Origin: Myxococcota bacterium
GTDB lineage: Bacteria; Myxococcota_A; SURF-8
Reading direction: 5' to 3'
Assembly: GCA_965140415.1 (NCBI GenBank)
Contig: OZ223209.1
Coordinates: forward strand, 896,001-960,000
DNA: 64,000 bases
Position numbers and translations under genes: made by a program. Position 1 is the first letter of the stretch. Each line of letters starts with the position of its first letter. The notes under the pieces are model-generated. The model saw only the letters and a list, made by a program, of their open reading frames with translations, was not told where the DNA came from and made no database searches. This document shows positions 8,901-15,760 of the stretch, piece after piece.

Positions 8901-11900
8901 GGTTACAGTCGTTGTCCAATCCGTCACACAGTTCAAGAGACGAGGTGCTGGTATCGGTACAGGTCTGACTGCCTCCGCTACAGACGTATACGCCCTCCTC
9001 GCAGAGATCATCGTCCGGGCCGTCGCATACGTCGTTCAACCAGCTTTCCTGGGAGCCGTCTGCGGTGGCCGGGTTGCAGTCGTCGTCGGTGCCGTTGCAA
9101 AGTTCCACGTTGTCGGCGGTTGTATCGTTACAGGTCTGGTTGCCATCCTGACAGATGTATTCGCCTTCCTTGCACAAATCCGTATCCACGCCGTCGCAGG
9201 TTGTTCCCAGCCAGGTTGCATCTGCGCCGTCAGCAGTGGCGGGGTTGCAGTCGTCGTCTACGCCGTTGCAGGATTCAACATTATTCGACGTGGCGTCGGT
9301 GCAGGTTTTGACCGAATCCGTACAGGTGTAGCTGCCTTCCTCGCACAGATCCGTGTCGGGACCGTCGCAGGAATCGCCGAACCAGCTTTCATCCCGGCCA
9401 TCCAGGGTGGCGGGGTTGCAGTCGTCATCGTTGCCGTTACAGAGTTCCAGATTGTCACCGCTAGTGTCCGAACAGGTTTTCGAGCCAAACGCGCATTCGA
9501 ACACGCCTTCCAGGCACAGATCGGCGTCGTTGCCGTCGCAGGCCGTACCAAGCCAGGTTTCATCGGCGCCGTCGGGAGTGGCGGGGTTGCAGTCGTCATC
9601 CACGCCATTGCATAGCTCCGCACCGAAACCGGGATCATCCACACACTGCTGACCGCCGCTGATGCACTGATAGCTGCCGTCCTCGCACAAATCCGCATCG
9701 TTTCCGTCGCAGGCCGTGCCGAACCAGGCTTCATCCGCGCCATCGGAGGTGGCGGGGTTGCAGTCGTCGTCCTGCCCATTGCACAGATCCAAAGTGTCCG
9801 CGCTGTTGTCGTTGCAGGTTTTGGCGGCACCCGAACAGATATACACACCCTCCTCACACAGATCCGAGTCGTTACCATCACAGAGATCGCCTAGCCAGGT
9901 TGCATCCGCACCGTCGGCGGTGGCGGGGTTACAGTCGTTGTCCAAGCCGTCGCAAAGTTCGGGATTTTCTCCGCTGGTATCCGAGCAGCTCTGCCCGCCA
10001 TCGACGCACTGGAAAAAGCCTTCTTCGCACAAATCGCTGTCGCTTCCATCGCAGGCCGTGCCCAGCCAGCTCTCGTGTGCACCGTCCGGCGTGATGGGAT
10101 TGCAGTCGTCGTCCTGGCCGTTACACAAATCGGGGGTGTCGCCGCTCTCGTCATTACAGGTTTTTGCGGCACCCGAGCAGACGTACACTCCTTCCTGGCA
10201 CAGATCCGCATCGTTACCGTCGCAGGCATCGCCAAGCCAGGTTGCGTCGGCGCCGTCGGCGGTAGCGGGGTTGCAGTCGTTGTCCAGCCCGTCGCACAAT
10301 TCCAGGTTCGCGCCGGTCGTGTCCGAGCAACTCTGCCCGCCATCGACGCAGCGCAGGAAACCTTCTTCGCACAAATCGCTGTCCTCGCCGTCGCAGGCGT
10401 CACCCAACCAGCTTTCGTCGGCTCCGTCCGGGGTGTAGGGATTGCAGTCGTCGTCCTGCCCGTTGCAGAGATCCGGTGTGTCGTCGCTGGCATCGTTGCA
10501 GGTTTTCACACTGTCCTGGCAGGTAAAGTTCCCCTCGTTGCACAAGTCGCTATCGGGTCCATCGCAGGGAGTGTCATACCAGGCTTCATGCTGGCCATCG
10601 ATGGTGGCGGGGTTGCAGTCGTTGTCCTCGCCGTCGCAGAGATCCAGCAGGTTGCCGGTGGTATCCGAGCAGCTTTGCGCTGCATCGACGCATTGGAAAA
10701 TTCCCTCTTCGCACAGATCGGTATCTTCGCCGTCGCAGGCATTGCCAAGCCACTCTTCATCGTTGCCGTCGGCTGTAAAGGGATTGCAGTCGTCGTCTTC
10801 GCCGTTACACAATTCCAGGTTGTTTGACGTCGTATCGTCGCAGGTTTTGTCTCCGTTTACACACTGGAAAACGCCTTCCTCGCACAAGTCGGCGTCTTCG
10901 CCGTCGCAGGGATCGCCCAGCCAAACGGCGTCCGCGCCATCCGCCGTATTCGGGTTGCAGTCGTTATCCTGGCCATCGCAGTATTCCAGGTTGTCGGTGG
11001 TATTGTCGCTACAGATCTGCGCACTTTCGGAGCACAGGAAAATTCCTTCCGCGCATAAGTCGGCGTCCTCGCCATCGCATTCGTTGCCGTACCAGTCTTC
11101 ATCTCGTCCGTCCAGCGTAAAGACGTTGCAGTCGTTATCCACGCCGTCGCAGAGTTCCAGATTGTCGCCGGTATTATCGGAGCAGCTCTGTTGCGCGTCG
11201 ATACAGGAGTAAATCCCTTCCTTGCAGTTATCCGAATCCTCGCCGTCGCAATCCGTGCCGTACCAGCTTTCATCCGATCCATCGGGTGTGTCGGGGTTGC
11301 AGTCGTTATCCTGACCATCGCAGATGTCGCGGGTGTTGTCGGTAGTGTCGGTACAGACCTGATTGCCTCCCTGACAGATGTACAGACCCTCTTCGCACAG
11401 ATCGGTGTCCGTTCCGTCGCAGGCGGTCTGCAACCAGCTTTCACCCGAGCCATCTGCGGTCAATGGGTTGCAGTCGTCGTCTTCGCCGTTGCAAAGGTCC
11501 AGGTTGTTTTCGCTGGTGTCGGTACAGACCTGGCTGCCATCCTGGCAGATATACTGTCCCTCTTCGCACAGATCGGTGTCCGTTCCGTCGCAGGCGGTGG
11601 AGAGCCAGCTTTCATGCGTGCCATCGGGAGTATCCGGGTTGCAGTCGTCATCTTCGCCATTGCATAGATCCGGCGTATCCGAGGAAATATCGGTACAGAT
11701 CTGCTCACCGAGTTCACAGGTGAACACGCCTTCCTCGCACAAATCCGCGTCGTTGCCGTCGCAGGGTTGGCCGATCCATTCCAGTGGATCGCCGACGCAG
11801 GCGCCATCTTCGCCGCAACGGTCGTTGTCCGTGCAGGGATCGCCATCGTCGCAGCCTTCGCCGACGTTTGCCGGCAGCGCGATGCAGGAATCGTGCTCTT

Positions 11901-14900
11901 CATCACAATCGGGAACCTGACATTGCGGCTCAACAATGGCTTCGGAGCAGTCGCGCGGCTGCGTGTCGGTGCAATCACCCGCCGAGCAGGCATCATCCAC
12001 GGTGCAGAATAGACCGTCATCACACAGTGCGCCGTCTTCGATATCGCTCCAGCTTGTTGGATCGAAGAAAGGCAGGCAGATCCGGCAGACATTATCCGGG
12101 TTCGAGTCGCGATATTCATAGCAATCATGATCGATCAGGCATTGGTTCTCTTCGATCTGATGACCGCACATCCCCTGTTCACACACATTAAACGTACACG
12201 TATTGCCATCATCCTGACACTCCAGACACCCAGAGCCGCAGTGCATGGGATCATCGTCGGGATAACATTGTTCGCCGCAGCGGTGGTAGCCTTGCAGACA
12301 TTCAAAGTCGCAGAATCCATAGGGGCAGATGGCCAGTGCATAGTCGGGCGGCGTGCAGTTGCTGGTTACGTTCGCACCGTCGTCGGTTTCTCCGTTGCAG
12401 TCGTTGTCCAGATCGTCGCAGATTTCCACGCCGTAGTTGCTGATATCGCAGGGATATTCGCAGTCGCTGGGATCGTCGTCCAGATCCCACCAACCTTCCG
12501 GGCAGGGAACGCCGCGCCCGGCCAGTTCGTAATCGCTGGTTGTGGAAAGATACGAGTTGCTGGTGATCTGCACGGTGGCATTGAAATCGAAGGGTTCTTC
12601 GCTGCTTTCGCCTTCGGGAACGACCGGCAAAAATGCGATATCAACCGCAAGCGTATTGGCTTCGCCGGGATACAACTCAAAGGGCAAACCTTGTTCTGGC
12701 GGCAGAATCACAAAGACATCCGAATAGAATCCGGGCAGTACTTCCAGCGAATCGACGACCAATACGCCTAAAATTCCGGAGTTGCGCAGGCGGATGCGCT
12801 GCACGTTCTGGGCGGCGAAGTGCGTATCGGGAAATTCCAAAGGCGATACGGGCGCCACGCTCAATCGCTGGTCCGTACCGATTCCGAACAACCCAATGGC
12901 TACCTGGGGAGAGAAGGGATCGTCTCCGGTGATCAGGAAACCGCCGATGTCCTCGCCCGGATAGGTAATCGGGCTGTAGCGCAGGGTCACTCCGACGTGA
13001 CCGCCGGCGGCGATCTGGATCGAACCGGTATCTTCGAAAGAGAATTCCTCTAACGTGGAATTGGTGGTGATCTGCAAGGACTGAATGGTCAACACGGCAT
13101 CGCCTTGATTGGCCAGATCCAGGACACGCTCTTCCGTGCTGTTCAAACCCACTTCCCCGAAATCGATTTGATCCACGAAATCGGGATTGTCGCGTTCGGT
13201 CACGACCAGCACCGGTGCGATACCCAAGCCGCCTACGGCGATATCCTGCGAAACCGTGACCAGATCGTCGGTCACGATATGAATCAATGCGCTGTAATTC
13301 TGACGCGCCAGCGGCGCGAAGGTGACGTGCAGTTCGTGTGTGCCTTCGCTTTCCAGGACCACATTTTCCAGCACATCGGTTTCATCGAATGAGAAGACGT
13401 CGCTGGTTTCCGCAAATCCGATCGTTACCAGCGTTACCGGCAAGGAACCAGTATTGGTCAATGTCAATGTGCGCGTAACCTGTTGACTGACGCGCGTTTC
13501 CGGGAACTGCAACGCTTCCGGATCGGCCAGCAACGAGGAAGGCACCGCTTCTCCACGCAGATTGACAATGAAGTTCTGCGAACCGAAGGTGTTGTTGTCG
13601 ATTCGGATCTGTCCGCTGTGTTCACCCACCGTCATCGTGTTGAATGTCACCGGCAGCGCCGCATGTTGTCCCGCTTCCAACGCGATCTCGCCATTGGCGA
13701 AAGCGGTCAGATCGAGGCTGAATGCCTCTGAAGAGGTATCCACCATTTCGGGTGGTTGCACGATCAACATACCACCGCCGGAGTTGGACAGGGTCAACTC
13801 GATCGTTACCGGCACACCCGCTCGCTGCTCACCGAAATTCAAAGTGTTCTGTGCCTGTAGTGTTTCCACTTTCAGAACGGGAGCAACACCGGTGCAACTC
13901 AATTCCACGACATAGGTGGATTCGTCGATATCGTTGCTTTCCACGATCAACCGGTCGCTAAATTCGCCCATTTGCGGCGGATGGCACAAAACCGTGATTT
14001 CCAGTTCCTGTCCTTGGCCGATGCGTAGCGGCAATGTGCTTGCGTTGACCGCAAAGACTTCGGAAGATTCGGATTCCAGATACAGACCATTGATGCGCAG
14101 CACGGCGTTGTCGTTTTCACCGCCTGGCAGGTTTTTAAGAATCAAGGTGCGCTCGGCAGCGGGATCTCCAACGACGACATTATGGAAATCCAACGGATTG
14201 GGGTTGGCGTCGATATCCGCCGTTCCCTTGTATTGGGACCGTAACTGCACCCGGAAGGGACCGTCGGGATCATCGGAGCTGATGACCAGTTCCGCCTCGT
14301 CGGGACCGGCGTCGAGTGGTTTGTAGCTGATATCCACCTGGATCGATTCGGCAATACCTGTGATCATCGCCGGGAAATCCGGGGGTTGGATCAGGCTGAA
14401 TTCAGTGCTGGTGGAAACGATTTCCATACTCGTAACGGTGAGTGTCCGTCCCTCGCAGAGATTGGAGATGTTGACTGTGCGCACAACCTCGGTGTTATAA
14501 GGGACATAGCCGAAATCCAGGATCTGCTCTGCCAGAATTTCCGGACCCAGTTCGCAGTCGCCCACCGGTTTGTCGCCATCGACGGTGCCGTCATCATCAC
14601 CGCCGCCATCGCCATCGGGAACGTCGCCATCCGTACCGCTACAGGTGCAATCGTCGCCGCAAGCCTCACCTACGGGGCAATCCGTATCGCGGCTGCACTC
14701 CTCGCCTTCCGAACAGGGATTCTGATCGCTGGGGATGCAGTTTCCTTGATGACAAACCGAATCGCTGGGGCAATCCAGATCCAGCAGACAACCCGTTCCG
14801 CCGGATTCCTGATCGGTATCCGTGTCGCCGTCGGTATCCGCCACGCCGGAATCGTCGGCACAAGCCGATAGCAACCCGATTGCAAGCATCACCGCCAAAA

Positions 14901-14934
14901 CCAGCATGAACCATCGATTGATAGAGCTTTTCAT
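5923..14934 (-). CDS. Giant (~3003 aa) surface lipoprotein: six choice-of-anchor-D/ASH-like Ig domains, 25 x 57-aa Cys/Asp repeats (MopE-like putative metal-binding motif), DUF1565-like segment and Gly-rich C-terminus
   Basis: ATG at 14934 with RBS AAGGGA gives MKSSINRW...LLSAC (lipobox). Six 'LDFGxV...xLxN' Ig-like units. ELCNGxDDDC repeats. SIFVA...GSDSNSG...PVATIAHAI...GTY. Gly-rich tail. The ORF track's start at 15078 overlaps the predicted promoter. Confidence 0.88.
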   Translation of the reverse strand: MKSSINRWFMLVLAVMLAIGLLSACADDSGVADTDGDTDTDQESGGTGCLLDLDCPSDSVCHQGNCIPSDQNPCSEGEECSRDTDCPVGEACGDDCTCSGTDGDVPDGDGGGDDDGTVDGDKPVGDCELGPEILAEQILDFGYVPYNTEVVRTVNISNLCEGRTLTVTSMEIVSTSTEFSLIQPPDFPAMITGIAESIQVDISYKPLDAGPDEAELVISSDDPDGPFRVQLRSQYKGTADIDANPNPLDFHNVVVGDPAAERTLILKNLPGGENDNAVLRINGLYLESESSEVFAVNASTLPLRIGQGQELEITVLCHPPQMGEFSDRLIVESNDIDESTYVVELSCTGVAPVLKVETLQAQNTLNFGEQRAGVPVTIELTLSNSGGGMLIVQPPEMVDTSSEAFSLDLTAFANGEIALEAGQHAALPVTFNTMTVGEHSGQIRIDNNTFGSQNFIVNLRGEAVPSSLLADPEALQFPETRVSQQVTRTLTLTNTGSLPVTLVTIGFAETSDVFSFDETDVLENVVLESEGTHELHVTFAPLARQNYSALIHIVTDDLVTVSQDIAVGGLGIAPVLVVTERDNPDFVDQIDFGEVGLNSTEERVLDLANQGDAVLTIQSLQITTNSTLEEFSFEDTGSIQIAAGGHVGVTLRYSPITYPGEDIGGFLITGDDPFSPQVAIGLFGIGTDQRLSVAPVSPLEFPDTHFAAQNVQRIRLRNSGILGVLVVDSLEVLPGFYSDVFVILPPEQGLPFELYPGEANTLAVDIAFLPVVPEGESSEEPFDFNATVQITSNSYLSTTSDYELAGRGVPCPEGWWDLDDDPSDCEYPCDISNYGVEICDDLDNDCNGETDDGANVTSNCTPPDYALAICPYGFCDFECLQGYHRCGEQCYPDDDPMHCGSGCLECQDDGNTCTFNVCEQGMCGHQIEENQCLIDHDCYEYRDSNPDNVCRICLPFFDPTSWSDIEDGALCDDGLFCTVDDACSAGDCTDTQPRDCSEAIVEPQCQVPDCDEEHDSCIALPANVGEGCDDGDPCTDNDRCGEDGACVGDPLEWIGQPCDGNDADLCEEGVFTCELGEQICTDISSDTPDLCNGEDDDCNPDTPDGTHESWLSTACDGTDTDLCEEGQYICQDGSQVCTDTSENNLDLCNGEDDDCNPLTADGSGESWLQTACDGTDTDLCEEGLYICQGGNQVCTDTTDNTRDICDGQDNDCNPDTPDGSDESWYGTDCDGEDSDNCKEGIYSCIDAQQSCSDNTGDNLELCDGVDNDCNVFTLDGRDEDWYGNECDGEDADLCAEGIFLCSESAQICSDNTTDNLEYCDGQDNDCNPNTADGADAVWLGDPCDGEDADLCEEGVFQCVNGDKTCDDTTSNNLELCNGEDDDCNPFTADGNDEEWLGNACDGEDTDLCEEGIFQCVDAAQSCSDTTGNLLDLCDGEDNDCNPATIDGQHEAWYDTPCDGPDSDLCNEGNFTCQDSVKTCNDASDDTPDLCNGQDDDCNPYTPDGADESWLGDACDGEDSDLCEEGFLRCVDGGQSCSDTTGANLELCDGLDNDCNPATADGADATWLGDACDGNDADLCQEGVYVCSGAAKTCNDESGDTPDLCNGQDDDCNPITPDGAHESWLGTACDGSDSDLCEEGFFQCVDGGQSCSDTSGENPELCDGLDNDCNPATADGADATWLGDLCDGNDSDLCEEGVYICSGAAKTCNDNSADTLDLCNGQDDDCNPATSDGADEAWFGTACDGNDADLCEDGSYQCISGGQQCVDDPGFGAELCNGVDDDCNPATPDGADETWLGTACDGNDADLCLEGVFECAFGSKTCSDTSGDNLELCNGNDDDCNPATLDGRDESWFGDSCDGPDTDLCEEGSYTCTDSVKTCTDATSNNVESCNGVDDDCNPATADGADATWLGTTCDGVDTDLCKEGEYICQDGNQTCNDTTADNVELCNGTDDDCNPATADGSQESWLNDVCDGPDDDLCEEGVYVCSGGSQTCTDTSTSSLELCDGLDNDCNPATPDGADASWLGTACDGADSDLCKEGSYICNNGSQTCNDTTGDTLDLCNGSDDDCNPATADGADASWLGDPCDGPDSDLCQEGGFICSGGSKTCGDNTGDSLDLCNGVDDDCNPATADGTDATWLGDPCDGPDTDLCQEGSFICDGGSKTCNDATGNTLDLCNGADDDCNPATADGADASWLGDTCDGSDTDLCHEGVYTCSGGSQSCSDTSGNNAEICNGVDDDCNPATADGTDASWLGDPCDGADSDLCKEGTYSCTNGNQSCSDTSGNDLELCNGNDDDCNPATADGADESWLGDACDGTDSDFCAEGNFYCSSGSKLCSDTSGNNVEICNGIDDDCDPSSADGADESWLGNSCDGPDSDLCTEGISVCSGGNQTCTDTTGNNLELCNGVNDDCNGATPDGSDESWYNTACDGPDSDLCMEGVNLCQSSHQVCTDSTGSTTETCNGSDDDCDGYTDEDDAGNPLTADCYTGPSGTEDVGICHGGMKTCSGGSYGSCVGQQTPQSTDAPDSSGIDSNCDGVDGVKATSIFVATPANGGSDSNSGAFGDPVATIAHAITLANSCSPKCDVLISSGTYTASVTLVAGVDLFGGYDPSTWARNLSIQTVIVGSTTRAVIANGLSSDTKLQGLTIRGKNYSSSGTATYALWVNNTLSERLLVDNCLIQAGNGGRGVDGSSGSTGATGSNGGNGSGGSGGSRGTVNCSPYGSANGGTGGGSWDCGSGGGGTGSAGTDTASGGGGGSAGSNKCSGCDDTGGNGGGGGAGYAGATGSRGSTSSDSDGYFSSGYWYGATSSSGYRGKNGTGGGGGGGGGTDIDPWYCVFWSGTQIGGGGGGGGAGGCGGLPGTGGGQGGGSFGIVLIGSTIRVTNTDIELGDGGNGGSGGAGGNGGVGKGGGAGYNPSGDEAGTGGGGNSGGDGGGAGGSAGGCGGPSIGTALVSSSSIATINVSYSGGSGGSGGAGGAGGRTGGDGSQATSGQTGCTGYKSNVRTY
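7504..11778 (-). repeat. Intragenic tandem array of 25 x 171-bp (57-aa) units
   Basis: The first Trp codon is at 11778 and the 25th at 7674, a difference of 4104 = 24 x 171. Consensus WLGxxCDGxDxDLCxEGxxxCxxGxxxCxDxxGxxxELCNGxDDDCNPATADGADxx. Confidence 0.92.
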
Positions 14935-15063
14935 GGGATATCCCTTTTTATTGCAGTGGCAATGATGGAACGGCGCAACCGCCCGAAGCACCCCACCCGG
15001 GCCGCTTGCCGATCCAACCTTCATGACCGTTTCGTTTGTACTAATTTCTAACTCACACTTCCT

Positions 15064-15093
15064 ATTATGTTGTGCCAACTAGCCTTTTGTCAA
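15064..15093 (-). promoter_or_regulatory. Sigma70-type promoter for the giant lipoprotein gene
   Basis: Minus strand TTGACA-N18-CATAAT, about 130 nt upstream of the ATG at 14934. Confidence 0.6.
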
Positions 15094-15197
15094 CTTGAAC
15101 TGAAGGATTCGTATATTTCAATCAATTTGACTTTTTTCACTAGCTCGGCTATGAGCGAATGAGGATTAAATCAGATATGTATTATGAGGAGCGATTC

Positions 15198-15746
15198 ATG
15201 ATTGAAGCGAAAACCATCAATCTGCGTAACATCGAAGAGGGAGATATCGATCTGCTGCTTGGTGCTTTCCGTGCCATCCAGAAAGTCGGTGACTATTGGC
15301 CGATCAATCTCAAGTCCAAAATCAAATTCAAAGAAGATTTCGAAAAGTCCGGTTTTTGGGATGAGAAGATGGGATCGCTGCTTGTGGAAGACAAGCAGGG
15401 GGGACCGTTGGGAGTGATTACCTATTTCGAAATCGCTAACTTCATAGCCGGATACGAAATCGGTGGTTTCATGTTCGATCCTGAAAAGCGCGGCCAGGGC
15501 GTTATGACCGAAGCGCTCAAGGTTTTCTGCGCCTATCTATTTGAATTGAAACCGATTCCTCGTATTCAGGTCGGACTGATTCAAGGTAACCAGGCAACGC
15601 TTCGTGTAGCGGAGAAATGCGGATTTACCCACGAAGGCACCTTGCGAAACGGTTGCTTCCATCGTGGAGAATATAGAAATCTGGAGCAATATTCACTGCT
15701 TCGCGAAGAATGCCCCTCGCTCAAGCAAACCTTGGCGGATCTGTAA
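15198..15746 (+). CDS. GNAT N-acetyltransferase, RimJ/RimL-like
   Basis: Acetyl-CoA motif RGQGVMTEAL, N...RVAEKCGFTHEGTLR. RBS GAGGAG before the ATG at 15198. Confidence 0.9.
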   Translation: MIEAKTINLRNIEEGDIDLLLGAFRAIQKVGDYWPINLKSKIKFKEDFEKSGFWDEKMGSLLVEDKQGGPLGVITYFEIANFIAGYEIGGFMFDPEKRGQGVMTEALKVFCAYLFELKPIPRIQVGLIQGNQATLRVAEKCGFTHEGTLRNGCFHRGEYRNLEQYSLLREECPSLKQTLADL

Positions 15747-15760
15747 GCCAAATCTGTCGA

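Noticed and set aside
7768-9615. 615-aa plus-strand ORF and the other long ORFs overlapping the giant gene
   Set aside because: These are antisense or frame shadows of a repetitive GC-rich gene, with no motifs or RBS.
7504-11778. CRISPR array
   Set aside because: The repeats are 171-bp in-frame coding units with codon-level variation and no unique spacers, and there are no cas genes.
14935-15078. N-terminal 48-aa extension of the giant ORF from the track start at 15078
   Set aside because: It overlaps the predicted promoter, and the ATG at 14934 has an RBS and gives a proper lipoprotein signal.
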